Source: Tubulanus polymorphus (Eukaryota; Animalia; Nemertea). From it: a stretch of DNA of 64,000 bases. Position 1 is the first letter of the stretch. Each line of letters begins with the position of its first letter. Below are positions 1 through 15,092 of the stretch, one piece after another. The translations under genes were made by a program, and so were the position numbers. The DNA is taken from NCBI RefSeq assembly GCF_964204645.1, contig NC_134031.1, positions 5,704,001 through 5,768,000 on the forward strand, in the 5' to 3' direction. The notes under the pieces were generated by a model. That model ran no database searches. It saw only the letters and a list, made by a program, of their open reading frames with translations, and was not told the origin of the DNA.

Positions 1-1834
1 TATGACGTCATCGATATTATCGAAGTTTGGGTCGTAAAACACAGCGGATACTTTTTCATAAGTACCGTCGAAGAATCGAAGAACTGATGTAGGTTTGTCG
101 CAGCTTTTATTCTGCAACAATCTACAATAGATTTTCCATTGAGGCTCATTGAATAGCTCGTTTTCAATATCTCGCATTCGTTTCAGCTGATCTCTAGTGA
201 GCATGTTCTTCCGCACGGTCAGATCTTCGTAGTAAAGTTCGACGATTCTGTCCGGGAAACCCCGCGTCCACAGAGGCAACGACTTGTAATGGTCTATCGT
301 GTATCTGTCGTGAAATCTGATTATGTCTCGGGAGTTGCGGTGGCGCCAGGTTTCGGCGGATTTGTAGGACTGGTGGTCGTGAAGGCTGACCGGAATCGAC
401 TCGAAATCGATCGGCAGAACGTTGTATCCGATTCCGTAGAGAATTCCCGTGAACGCGGCGAAGAAAACGTGAAACGAAAGAAACAAAACTGCAACGAAAG
501 AAACAGAAAAAAGCATGGTTATTTCATCATGAGTACAGCATGGGCGTCCCAGGGATTTTTTTTTTTTTGGGGGGGGGGGGTTCGTTTCTAGGATCCTGCC
601 CCAGAAAACTTTTGAAAATTTCGTGCAAACAGGCGCGTTCTGGTGCAATCCGAGGCCGTCCGATCACGGGCCAATTTACCATTCGGCAGCAATTTCTATA
701 GAGAGCGCTTATTCCAAACCGAGATCGCAGAATTGTGAAACGATAGGTAGACTGGTTCCCCTTTACTTTGCATGTATCGATTTCATTTTGCTTATTTAGC
801 CATGTGCCGACGTTCGTCGACGTTTGAAAATTCATAAAAGGGGGTTCGTTCGAACTACCGAGCCCCGCTCGGGACGCCCATGACTCTCGACAAAGCTAAC
901 GGGGTTTTCGGTACAGAATTCAGGCGGGGACATATTCCGAACAGGTTAATGAATATATGTATGTATAGCACACATGGGATTTTCTATACTAACGCCGTCT
1001 CTTTATCTTATATTCAAATTATCAATATGATGTCGCGTCTTGAGGAGTACCTACGATCCGGCAGACGATGTGCCGACGTTCGTCAACGTTTGAAAACTCA
1101 AAAAGGGTGTTCGTTCGTACTACTGGACCCTCCTAGGGACGCCCATGGTACGAGCACTTGAATTGAAATTCTTCGCGATTTCTCGCTTAGATAAGTTGAG
1201 AAATAAGCTTAAATGAATTACCAAAGAAAAGGACCGGTTTTCGTATCATCCATTTGCACAAAATCATAGCATCTTCGGTTTCCTCCGTAGCGGGATCGAT
1301 GATACTATCGGTACGATTGGGTTCGGTAGAATTTCGTGTCTGAGATTTCGTTTTAGTGGATGATTCATCGTTTTCTGTATCACAGTTTTTGACTAATACT
1401 TCCGGTATGAATACTGTGTAAACTGGAATATTTTCGTCAGCAGTTCCTCCCTGATCGCCTTCGTCCGACACTTTTACATCGCCTACGTTTACATGACCAT
1501 TTGCTGTATTTTCATTTGGATCTTTACTCTTGATTCCAGTAACTACCTCATTTTTTTCTACATCTGCGGATGTTCCATGATCTGAACTTCTGTTTACTAT
1601 ATCTCCCTCACGTTCACCGAGAGCACTATCAACGTCTTCGACATCTAGATCTCGTTCGATTGTCGGGACATGTATACGTGGTGCTATTTCTTTCACGGGT
1701 ACGTACGACATTTCATCGTCTACGCGGATTACGGGACATGCTGTACTAGCACCGACTCGCGCTTCATCCCGCAACGTGCTCTGAAAGACGGCGGTTTTAG
1801 TAGTTCGATCGTCTGTCTGACATGAAGACGCCAT
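1..1834 (-). CDS. 5' part of a Dispatched/Patched-family (RND-like) multi-pass membrane protein; continues off the left edge
   Basis: Exon 1 1834-1222 (ATG 1834, long acidic N-tail, ends KWMIRKPVLFF, GT donor phase 1) splices in phase to exon 2 488-<1 (after ttgcag): VLFLSFHVFFAAFTGILYGIG (TM) ... NMLTRDQLKRMRDIENELFNEPQWKIYC...SCDKPTSVLRFFDGTY...FYDPNFDNIDDVI, which resembles the first luminal loop of Dispatched-like proteins. Family call is by motif recognition only. Confidence 0.6.
539..1147. mobile_element. Non-autonomous TIR element (MITE) in intron, with duplicated right end
   Basis: Left TIR catgggcgtccc at 539; right TIR gggacgcccatg at 871-882 and again at about 1135-1146; about 80 bp preceding each right TIR (802-882 vs 1068-1147) are near-identical. 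Confidence 0.7.
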
Positions 1835-3530
1835 TTTCAAAATAATTTCGGCGTCAAAACTACAAAAAAGGAGAGTTCAATCGCTTAGTCAGTGAGTGAA
1901 ATGAAACGCTTAACTTATTCATTATATAAAGAACGTTTTCGACATGTCTTGATCAATTACTTACATAATATCCCCCGACAGCGATCGCAAAAAAATACTA
2001 TATATATGTTTAATATCCAAGTCTAACGGACACCAAAAGCCCTGAAATAGCCGGTTATGTGAAATGGATTCTACTATACTGCGGTTCATAAATACTTAAC
2101 ATACTAGATTCGTTCGACGCGTGTCTATATATAACGCGTTCATGTTTACTGCAGTGTCGTCTATGTTCTCCACCCATAGATCGATCTCGTACTCAATTTA
2201 TAAATATACACAATGACTTGTGACTGTCACCGCCGGGCAACAGTTCACTAAAGTTCATTCATTCACCGTGAAAATTAGTGGCGCTGCTTTCTTTAAATTC
2301 TTATCACTTTTTAAGTGTTGTTTTTGTATAACAATAACAATAATATTTGTATGCATATATGTGCGTAATATTTTTCCTCCATATACCATGGAAATTGTAG
2401 GACTGTAAATAAAATCGTAATCGTAATCAAATGCAATTTTAATTATCTCTTATGTATATATTGTTGAATTTTATGTTTTAATCTTTAAAGTTTTATATGA
2501 AATGTTGTATCCTCTATATACCAATGCTTAGTCAGAGAGTGAAAACCTTTTGCATTTGTATTTGTATTTGCATGGCATTAAGAGATAAATCTGTTGAACT
2601 TCGTTTTAATATTTCATTTATTTCATTACTAAATTTACAAACAACATCTGCATATACGAATCTAAGATATTGAATAAGAATTCCCAACAGCAAACTAGAA
2701 TATCAATTTTGTAGTGAGACGTTTAGAAACCATTCAGGTCGTAGGTGAGGTGTCTACGAATTGTTCAATAGTGATTTGAATAAAAATTAGACCTTAGTTT
2801 AAACCGATTGAATTTAGAGTAAGCTTATTGAAAATTAATCATCAGATCAGGAGGGGATTGGGTAATCACGCTAGACTCTGATCAGAGATTTTCTTTTAAA
2901 AGAAAAAGAATGTATATTTGATTCACTCAGGATTCCATTCACGTTAATCTGCTGTTTTGCAACGGATATGCTTTCTATAAGTATTCTTGGAAAGCCCCCA
3001 AACCCGTTAGACAAATCCAATCATCGGCGACTGTTCTGAATGATTCAACAAACTTTACTTGGATTGTATACAGGGTCATTAGTATAGATTAAACGCTGCT
3101 AAAAGCGTCAACAGTGAAAACAGTGGAGAGAAACGCGACGAAAATGACGACAACGCGCCCCCTGTGTACGGCAAGTCGGAACTAACACAATGCAACCCGG
3201 TAAAGAATCTATCCGGATCGTACTTTCGCTTGATAGCTAGCAATCTGGTGTAATGCGCGTCACCCCAATATTCGGTTTTCCAACTGACCAGGTCGGCATC
3301 GGTCCCGTTGTAATAAACGCCGTAACCCAACTTGTAAAACTCCGAGGAAAAGTCTTTCAGTACGCTTTTTAACCAGTATTTGCTTCTCTGATCGTACCAG
3401 CCATTGGTGAAACAGGTTAGGGCCATGAGAGCTGATCGGAATCCGGGATGTACAGCCGTGTCGTTCAAACCAGGTTCTGTTGTCTTCTCTGAAGGAAAAA
3501 AAGTTTATCATGTACGCATTTCAAGTTATC

Positions 3531-3645
3531 CAGGACCCAGTTACACAGTTTTGTAAGATTTGGCTCAGAGTTAACTCATTGAAAATGAACTAATTTTTAC
3601 TCAGAGAGTTAACTCTAACTCAAGAGCTTTGGAACTGGATCCAGC
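3531..3645. mobile_element. Short MITE (GGACCCAGTT...AACTGGATCC termini, CWG flanks; Harbinger/PIF-like)
   Basis: Inverted termini and internal gagttaactc palindromes; related copies at about 39289-39408 and 46003-46105; related-terminus elements at 41225-41340, 55586-55692, 57536-57678, 62630-62750. Confidence 0.7.
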
Positions 3646-6600
3646 AGATTTTTGAGGAATTTGGGCTAGGGAGTTCAAGTTATGGGAAAAATTATAAATA
3701 CAACGACGGTAACTATTTTATTAGACGCACGAGCTTTCGCTACTAATTGTACAGTAGCTCCGCCAGGTCGATAGAAATTAAAGAAGAATATAAATGTAAG
3801 GAGGCATTAAGACATCTCAACTTACTGCCTATTGTAATTGAGGTACATCCGAAGAACCGTGACGTCGGAAAATCTGGGTGTTCGTCAAATTTCTTTTTGA
3901 AAACAGCGGCTAGCGGTGACATGCCGGGACCCCGCAGGTCAGCGGGTTGTATCAGACGGTTTATCACATAATTACCGGTGTCTGCGGTCTCAACTACTTC
4001 TTAAGTATTATATTCGTAAAATGTTGATCTATTGGCTAAAGTTATAACTCCACTGACTCTCCACTCCGGGTGGAAGTCGACCAGTGGTTTGATCGATTCT
4101 GTGGCTTCGGTCCATCCGCCGTAATGTAGCAAGGCGAAACTGACCGAACCTCTGATCGTTTCCTTCGTGATCGGATGACTGTGATTTTTGTGATAAACGA
4201 TGACGTAGCCGCCCCAGTTTTCGGTGAGATTCGAAGCGAGGAGTTTGTTCCAGAAGTCGAGGACTTGTTCGCCGACATTGCCGTGTACAGCGTCATACCA
4301 GGGGAACGAGGTGGTCAGAGTAACGAAACCGTCTTCGGGAGCTGGATGCAATTGAAAGTGAAACTGCGTTATCATCGCAAACACTCCCCCACCACCTCTT
4401 AACGCCCAGAATAAATCAGTATCGCTGGAGAAAGTTCCATCTTCATAAACTAAACCTGAAATGATTAATGTCATGCATTGATGGGTATCGCTAAGTGAAA
4501 TCTTAGCCTCGGAACTGGGCCAAAATAGATTCACACACGGCTGTGGAACATGGCCCAGTGAGTCTAACCCAAACAACCTACCCTTAGGCCATTTATCAAT
4601 TACTTTAGTACGGATATTGTCACGCAAAAAGGAGGGGAAAGGAAAAATAGAAATAAAACAAAAATTATGGTAAAATTATGGTTTCAAAATAGAAGAGAAC
4701 AGAAAAAATATAAAAATGAAATTTTTTCTTTATCGTTTGAGTATTTTCCACTTAACCGAAAAAAATGAGTGAAAATTTTGATGAATTCGATTAAAACGAT
4801 GGGAGAAGTGAAAAATGACTAGATTGAAAATCAAGACGGGATGACAAAATATTGATGAAAACACAAAGGAGGACTAGAATTAATTCTTTTTGATGATTTT
4901 CGCAGAATTCTTGGAGGTGGGTCCGTTCTGCAAGTAATTAAGAAAAGGCCTTATATATTCTCGGTAATAATCTGAATTATTTCGATATACACTCACCATT
5001 TGCTGAAACGTTCACTTTCTTCCCATCAGCCAGGACAGCCGCGAACGATAAAATCTGGTCAACTCCCAGTCCAAACTTGCGACTTAAAGCGCTGTGTCCA
5101 CCGCCTAAAAACCAACCACCCATAGCTACCGAACGAGCTGCACCACCTCATCATATACTCATCAACCTAGAACAAAACATTTATTGCAACCATTTGATAA
5201 AAATTCAATTATGTAACATACATCTAGGTACGCTAGTCTATAAGCAAAATGATATGTCCACATTTGGTTGGTTTTAACATTTGACTTTTTAACTGGAATT
5301 GAATATTAGAGTTATGTGGAATTAGAGTCCGAAGTCAAAGGGATAGCGTATTTTACTACTATGTGTATTCAAAACCTATGTCAACGTTTACTTTTCAATA
5401 TAAAGAAATATGTATAAACAACGTTATCCGTTGATGGAACTATATTATAAGTTCGTGGCACAAAACTGCGCCAGAAAATGTAAAAACACGGTGTGTTGGT
5501 CTATCCTCGGTGACTCCAAGGTTTACCTTCTGATAAAGTAGGCCCCAGTTAACTCCTGTATCGGCAATAACTGAAGATCCCGTTGGGGAATTGGCATCGT
5601 TCAGTATATCGTAACCGAGTTCATTTTATCCATTCTGATCATCAGGGTTTGAAAGCCGGTACTTCTGCCTATATAGTCATGGCCAGACGACAATACGGAT
5701 ATTTGAATGTGATATTTACGGGCGAAGCGTATACTTTTCTGGACGTCGTCTGAAAATGATGAAGAAATGACGAGATATTGAAATTGATAATGATTCATTC
5801 ATGACAGGACTAATATAAAGCTCAGCAACTAACGATGCTTGAAGAAAATTGCACGCAAATGGCGTTGGTTGCGATTTGATTCTAACAGGGCGACAATGGG
5901 GAATGGCGTGACGAACTCTTACGTTGTCCATCTTATCTATTCGATTGGTATTGATTTGAATTGAATTGATTTGATTTGGTGTCCGTTATAAACCCACCAC
6001 ACCTATCGGAAGGGGAACGGGGTTATCTTAACGGCAGATACAAGGATAAAAATTGATTCCTTGATTTTCCCTTTCTGCTGAGCTTAAAAGTTGACCCGGC
6101 CGACCGGCTATCTACCCTGCCCTATCTACCCGTACATTTTTTTAAAATTCCGACCAAGCTAACCATAACACACCCGGCAGCTATAGAAATGAAATGATTA
6201 CAAATTTTTTTGTGATTTACAAAATGACCCGGCCGATCACGAGAAACAAGGTGTTTTTTTAGCCGAAGTATATGACTGTTTGTGTATCCAAACCATAGAC
6301 CTGGATCGCGTTGATTATCATAGAGATCCGGAATATCTCTTGTATTGAACATCCCGATTGTAATATGATAAACTCGAGTGACAGTTGCACACAGGGTGTG
6401 GTCACACGTGTGGGGTGAAGTCAATATCTCGTAGGACTTCAATTAAGAAAATTGTGTTCGGGTTATGCTGGGGTCATATTCACCAGCATTGCCAGATATC
6501 ACTTTCTCAAGATGTTACACGATGTGATTTACGAGTCGTATTCCCGTTCTTTCTTAATTCTATTCTAACTGATAGCAGTTTGATTCGAACGGGATGCCTA

Positions 6601-7052
6601 GCATGGATACGACGTATGAGCGACAAGTATTTCGAAAATTATCTAAATCAATTGAATTAGGTCCAAAAAAAATCACTGATTCGTTGCAACGAATCTACGT
6701 AAATGACAAGTGATATATATGAAGAAGAGTGATATATACACGCAAATGCATATTAAATTCAATGTAATTTGCCTAAAACTAAAAAAAAACTTCATTAGCA
6801 AAATGACGTATTTTCGTGATGAATGCACCAGCTAATCAAATTATGAGTTTGAAAAAATGATATTTATGTATATATCTTTATATATTTGCTTGATCCAGGG
6901 GTAGCTTTGGGTCCTAGAGCACCCCCTTGGGAGATTTCCTTCGTATCATTATTCATTTTCAGTTTTAACGCTATATTTCAGAGTACAAGGTACGATCCTA
7001 GATACATATAAGAGATGATTAAGCGTTGCCTAAAGCGACTAGAATGCATGAA

Positions 7053-7379
7053 AATGATAATAATGATAATTGTCATTTATGTAGCGCACGTATCCTGACC
7101 AGAGTCAGCTCAGATGCGCTCCAAATTTGGTATCATTACCCCAAGCCTAAAAAACTTTTCCATGTATCAGTCATCTCTTCCTTGAGAGAAGTAACATCCG
7201 AGCAGCTGCTGGGCGTTCAGGAGTCATCTATCAGACCAGGTACCCACTTACTCCTGAGTGGAGAGAGGCAATGAGGATAGTGTCTTGCCCGAGGTCACTA
7301 CGGTAATGTACGGCGTTCGAACCCAAGAGCTGGATTCCCTGAAACGAAAGCTCTAACCTCTCGCCCACACCTCTCGCTC
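7053..7379 (-). mobile_element. tRNA-derived CORE-type SINE with L2-like 3' tail
   Basis: On minus strand: A-box-like tgggcgagagg, B-box ggttcgaac, CORE-like gtgacctcgggcaagacact...cctctctccactcaggagtaagtgggtacctgg, 3' stem gagcgc...gtgcgctacataaat and (ATT/ATC)n tail. Confidence 0.75.
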
Positions 7380-9806
7380 AAAATTGAGACTGATTTTTTT
7401 TCTGGGGGATGATGCGCCCCATTTAAAAACTCTATATCCGCCTCATCGATAAAGCATTTGCCGATAAAGCGGGATATACGATGAACATGACAAAATATGG
7501 TTACTTGCGCTGTAAGAACTTACCTGTATTTAGAGCGTCCACGATGAGCGCTGGTTCGGTTATATAATCCAAATTTTTCACGTAAGACGCGTTTTTGTAG
7601 CCGGTTATACCGGCCGAGTAAATCTGACCGGTAAGAGAAACTTTGAACTTCGATATTTCGGCGTCGCCGGGCCAGCAACGCTGACCGGTCCGACAATAAT
7701 CGCTTCCATTCGTTTTTGCCGCACGCAGACCGTACAATAAAGTCGTGATAAAAAACAACTGAAAGCTCGAGCTAGAAATCATCGTTTACTCTTGGAGGCC
7801 TGGAGAATTTTCTGACTAAGAAGTTTCTGAGGCATATTTGGGCGTTGTCCACGATGATGTCATGAAAAGTTCCATCACTCTAATTTTGTATCTCACGGAT
7901 GTGTTACACAAGTGCTGCATATCCAGGTACCCAGAATTAGTATCGCTTTCATAAGAGGGTCCCGCCTCATTGTTTACATCACTTCTACCACACTTTAACT
8001 AACGCATCGATAAGTATGTTTCTAATAATAACATTTCAGGATATCAGAACTGTGTAATCAATCCGTTTATCATAGTATCAAATACGAAGTGACCTTTTGG
8101 TCACCTATGGCGTGATGGAAATAACGAAATCGAAACCTGCATGGAAAGATACTAGTATTTCTGCGTACGTGTCAGGAAATATGATAAGGACATATTTTTC
8201 CAAAGCTATTGGAAATCAACTTCACCCGTCAAGGGATTCGAACCCACTATGCTAAAGCTGTTCGCCGAACCCCTTGACCTCACGAGTCGTTGGAGTCGTT
8301 ACTAGCCGACCAGAATCCGGTCGTACCAATCACAGCGCCTGTAACAAACAACATTAGGCTTCTGTTTTCCCGTTAAATGGACCAATCAGCGAACGTTTTA
8401 CCGAACAAGGAAGTATTTCGCAAATCGATAAATGACGTCATGCGCAACAGCGCCAGTAATGAAATCACGCTTCGTGAGTCCAGGGGGCTAGTGGAAGCGA
8501 GGGCGGGAGCGATACCGGACCACTGGCAAGCGAGGATGTTGGAAATCGAAACATAACGAAAGTTTAGAAAAATATGGTTGAAGATTTTTTGGATGAGTCC
8601 TTCGTTTGCCGCGCTTCGCGTGATATGTGCATATTGATCTGGTTTCATCTTCATATCAACTCTTGAATACGTACTGGGTACGGGTATATTTTGAAAACCT
8701 TTTCAGAAAATCAAAACCATGTCCTATGGATTCATAAAACGATAGAGAAAGAAACCCGCATTTACGGAATTTGAACGTTTTCATCATTTGCATTATCATT
8801 ATCAAACATTAGGCTAGAATTTTATACCTTGTTTGTCATTTCTGCTGATCTTAAAAAAAAATTGACCGGCCGCCTACACTGTATACTACTTTTCTAAATC
8901 GCGATCAAGCTAACAATTACAAACTCGGCAGTTATGAAAATGATCTGATTACAAATTTTAACAAAATCGTCTCTAGGGAATGAAATGATAATGAAATATT
9001 TCACATAAAATGGTTTAAATGGGGCGTGAAGTTTAGAATATTCCGATTTTATTACAGATTTTGCAATCACCGGTAAATGAAGTATTCAAATCGATAAAAT
9101 ATTCATTAAAACATTCATTTAAGAGGGATAAGATTATTAAATTCTGCAGAGGGAATGCTGTGCATATGTTACAGCGAAACTAGAAAGTTTATTGACGCCT
9201 TAAAGAAAAATAACACATGTATATATCGGCTAATAGTATCGACAATGAATGGAACAAAGTTATTTCAAATTTGAATATATTGGCAATCTCCTGCAACCAG
9301 TCTAACCAGACTAGCCCCGATATTGATGACGTAGGGCACATCCATTCAAAGTTTTATCAAAAAGACATGAAAACTAATCAAATAGAAAATAAGAAGATCA
9401 TGAAATAATTACAAAATGAACGCCAAAATTCACAATTTTTATTGTTATTTTGCAGCGCCAATATTGATGACGCAGTGCACATCGACTGACACAGAACTCC
9501 TTGAATACCGCATAATCAATGTAGAAAAACATAATTGTAACGGATTTTACGGCGTCAACAAGAGTATTGCCCAGAAGTGTGTAAGATAATGCACGGCTCC
9601 ATATGGATTGAAATGATATTTTCAAACATTTGCAAACTAAGTTTCGAAATGTCAAACGCAATTATGTGTGCAAAATAAGTGTATGATGATATTGCGTATA
9701 TCGGAGTGATTGATACGGAGCGAGACAACAAAAAAAAACGATTACGCGGTTGCTATATGAACTGAACGTCAACTGAACCGAAAACAAAGTCGACACCGAC
9801 GCCGAT

Positions 9807-10678
9807 ATGGAAAACAGGGGAAATAACCAACATTTTGTATGTCGGTACTTATTTTTGGCGTTGATCAGTTTCAATCTAGTGAAATCTGAACATCGGTATT
9901 TGAGGTTTAAAGAAAATTGTAGCGGAAATAGCTGCGGTTTAGAAGGCGCTTTTCAGATGATAGAATGCGCTCGGAATTGCGCAATGTGGCGAAATTGCTG
10001 GAAATTCAAAGTAGTTTCCGGCAAATGCGTCCCGTCGAATTCGCTAGCGCCAACCAATGATGGATACCGATTAGGTAAGTATAATTTTCTTAGGGCTTTA
10101 TCGCACGGCGGATTCTTTAAGTGAGATATGTTGATCACATATTTTCAGATGCAGCTCATGATACTATTGGTGTCACTGACTTATCTAAGCGAACCTTAGA
10201 ACAGGGAAAGCGTATCGTGGTTTTTTATGATTACATGTTCAAGGGGCAAGGTGTAGTGGTAAGATGGAATTTCTATCGAGCTCATCAAAATCGTTTTCCG
10301 TGTTACGCGGGGGTGTTCAGAAGAAACGCCACCGTTTCTGCCACTTCAAACCGATGGATAATCATCAGCCTATATCGACTAGAGCCTGGTCCGGTAGGTG
10401 TCACTACGAGAGATGTCCTAGAATCGGAAAGAGCAACTGTCGAATACGGTGACGTGATCGGATTGGTTCATTCCGGTGAGGGGGGAAATTCGTTTGTGAC
10501 TTACGATGATAAAGACATAGCGACCTCAACAGAGCCTGGCTGGACGAATTTCGGTTTCGTCAATGATAAAACTTACGATAATGTTCGAATAGGCGAATCC
10601 GTGTATTTAGAGCGACCTCACAAGATGCGCAGATACAGTCTGAACGCGATTGTGAAATATCGATGGTATCAAGAGTGA
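9807..10678 (+). CDS. Secreted protein, copy A: signal peptide + PAN/apple-like Cys module + unassigned beta-rich domain
   Basis: Exons 9807-10074 and 10149-10678 (phase-1 join, GTAAGT...TTTCAG). Hydrophobic N-terminus; Cys spacing C-x4-C...C-x3-C-x5-C-x9-C; conserved paralogue at 13968. Confidence 0.8.
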
Positions 10679-11967
10679 TCGATTCGATTTCGATCTAATA
10701 GCTGTGCGCCATCAGATTATTTATAGCGTGGAAATTATAGATTTCAAATCGTAGTTGAAGACCTCACTAAATGGAAATATCGATTTTCGGTTGATCCGTT
10801 TCAAAGTCTGAAGTAACTAAAATATTGGCTGTTATGGATACTGTATGATTCTACGCGCGATCTAGCAATCTCAAAACATTTCCCTGATTCAATTCTGATT
10901 TTTTAGCATTTTTACAAAATTCCCTGACTATTCCAAAGAAAAGAAAATTTCCTGAATCTTGCCTCGGGTATATGATCCCGTTAATCGCGATACCATCGTG
11001 GTAAAAAGGTTCGAACTATGAGAGCGAATCGTGTGATTATGATCGATCCAACGGTGACACGGTGGTAAAGCAAACTTGATCAAGCATTTTTTATAACAAA
11101 TCGTCTGCGGAGCAATCAAAGCAGCCATATTGCGTTGCGTATAATGTTCATCAGGTGCACGCTGCAATCGTCACTGGGGAATGAAACTTGATTTTCGCAG
11201 CAAAGGAGCTTACGAGAAAACTGACTTCTTAAACGTTAATTGACGCCATGGAGAATAACGCAGTGCTTGATATTGTCGACATTGAACGACGGATACATAT
11301 CACATTATATTGATAATAACAACAGCATTTTTTTGATATACATATCGATAATTTCGATGTTAATAATCAACAAGTCCTCCACTTCGCGTAGAAATCTATG
11401 GATAATATACTCCCCAAGTAATACGACAATTTATTTAAGGTAAAAAGACTTGACCACAGCCACAATACTCGTTGATGTAAGGAATTAGATGTTTCTTACA
11501 CAAAGAATAATTATAGACAATTTATAATAATCTATACAGGCCCAAAACTCTGGATCTCCGTCCAAATAAAAATCTAAAATTATTTCATTCCATCACGTAT
11601 TTTGGAATTTCTGTAAAACTATCTCATTTTTCAATATGTTTAAATCAAATTATGTATTACTCTTTAATTCAATCTTATGTATCAAATATCCAGGATTTAT
11701 TTTCAATGTTAAATGTTTTTGTCATGTATCATGAGTGAACATGTTATTGTGTGGGCGACTGGGCCTTCCGAGTAATAAGGTTGTTTTGACTTCACTAGTC
11801 GTCTGACGTCCTGTTTTACAATATTTTATATTAACTCATGCTACTTCATATTGTAATTTAATTCGTGAATAAAACATTATTATCATTATTATTGAATTGA
11901 ATTTACCAGGTCATATCTTAGCAATAGGACTCAAAGTGTATGTATAAAGGGTAACTTTTCTGAGCAA

Positions 11968-13289
<1,322 letters not shown>

Positions 13290-13967
13290 TACCGGCAACC
13301 AGTCTACCCCCGATATATTGATGACGTAGTGTGCATCCTCTAATCAAAAGTTATCTAAAATGAAATTATAATTATAAACGCCAAAATTCACAATTGCAAT
13401 TTTTTACTTGAAACGCCAATATCGATGACGTAGTGCACATAGACTCGCACAGAACCCCTTAAATAACGCAGCCTACGTATTTTGAAACGTTATTGTAACG
13501 GTTTTTACGGCGTCAAATCGACAAAGCAGGTTTTGCGATTCAATTAATTATTCAAATTGATAAAAGACTAAAGCGTTCATTTTTGAAAATCACCCACTGA
13601 AACTATATTACACACAATCGATCATAACAAAACGCGTAAGAATCTCTCTAGAGAGACCAGCAATTATTGCTTCCCTCTCTAGAGATAGTTGCGTGCGCGC
13701 GATCTTCAAATAAACAATACAAAATGTATTGCCAAAGGGCCCGTACGATATCGCGCGTTTGTTTAGAATAGATTTTTATCTGACTTGTCATTTCAATTCA
13801 TTTGAGTTAATGTATCGGATTAAGTGCGCAGGAGTGTTAACTGATATTGCGTATATTGATTCGGCGTCAGCTAAAAACCGTCGGGCGGATGCCTGTATCA
13901 TCTGAATATCATTTTTGAAGCTTGCAATCTCGTATTCTTCTGCGCTGAAATCTACAACGACACTGAT

Positions 13968-15092
13968 ATGGAAATCAGGGGAAAATATCGACATTTCGTA
14001 CGCCATTTTTTATTGCTAGCGTTGATAAGTTTGGATCGAGTGAAATCTGAACGTCGGTATTTCAAGTTTAGAAACAATTGTAGCGGAAATAACTGCAGTT
14101 TAGAAGACACTTCACAGTTGATAGAATGCATACAGAACTGCGCATTGTCGCCATATTGTTGGAAAGCAAAAATAGCTTCCGGTAAATGCGTCCTTGTGGA
14201 TTCACTAGCGCCAACAAATGACGGATATAAATTAGGTAAATTTCTTCAATCGAAAGGGTTGATAACAAGGAGGATTCTTTGAGTAGGCTCTATCTAATCA
14301 ATTTACGATTAAGCTGTTGTGCGTGTGAAACCGACACAATCTCACATTTACTCAAATCCTCGGGATTCTAGTTTTGCGATGTGAAAATAGGCTTCACTCT
14401 AAAAACCGGTTCGATAGGTAAGGTGAGGTATACCTCACGAGTTCTGAGCGGTGCTCTTATATTTATCACGAGATTGCTCGTAGGAGGCACGGACAAAAAC
14501 ACGACACGACGAGTGATGAAAGAATTTCATAATTTTGAAAACTTATATATTTTCAGAGGCAATTGATGATACCATTGGCAACACAAACTTATCCATGCGC
14601 GCGTTACAACAGGGCTGGCGTATGGTGGTTCTTTTTGATTACATGTTCAAGGCGCAAGGTGTCGTGGTAAGGTGGAATTTCTATCGAGCTCATCAAAATC
14701 GTTATCCGTGTTACGCGGGGGTGTTCAGGAGAAACGCCACCGTTTCTGCCACTTCAAACCGATGGATAATCATCAGCCTATATCGACTAGAGCCTGGTCC
14801 GGTAGGTGTCGCTACGAGAGATGTCCAAGAATCGGAGAGCGCAACTGTCGAATACGGTGACGTGATCGGATTGGTTCATTCCGGTGAGGGGGGAAATTCG
14901 TTTCTAACGCACGATGATAAAGACATAGCGACCTCAACAGAGCCTGGCTGGACGAATTTCGGTTTCGTCAATGATAAAACTTACGGTAATGTTCGAATAG
15001 GCGAATCCGTGTATTTAGAGCGACCTCACAAGATGCGCAGATACAGTCTGAACGCGATTGTGAAATATCGATGGTATCAAGATGGTATTTGA
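13968..15092 (+). CDS. Secreted protein, copy B (paralogue of 9807-10678)
   Basis: Exons 13968-14235 and 14557-15092, same phase-1 intron position, same Cys pattern; exon 2 nearly identical to copy A. Confidence 0.8.

Larger units (their letters stand above)
3079..7782 (-). pseudogene. BBE-like (VAO/PCMH family) FAD-linked oxidoreductase with signal peptide and GPI-like C-terminus, disrupted
   Basis: Exons 7782-7524, 5749-5527, 5166-4997, 4455-3826, 3488-3079 with GT-AG sites. Motifs: signal peptide + CRTGQRCWP; SSGHDYIGRS (FAD-binding His); GGWFLGGGHSALSRKFGLGVDQ; DLFWALRGGGG; YYN..D...W...YWG.HY.RLLAIKRKYDP (BBE domain). Lesions: frameshift with TGA at 5603-5601, frameshift near 5150-5160, in-frame TAA at 4003-4001. 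Confidence 0.85.

Noticed and set aside
289-591. 100-aa plus-strand ORF
   Set aside because: Antisense to the Dispatched-like exon and runs into MITE homopolymers.
4001-5603. Programmed recoding (readthrough/frameshift) of the BBE gene
   Set aside because: Three separate lesions, no slippery heptamer, stop is TAA; decay is more parsimonious.
8225-8290. tRNA gene (ggattcgaaccc on minus strand)
   Set aside because: Only a B-box/T-arm is visible, no cloverleaf; more likely a SINE remnant (similar remnant near 34370-34425).
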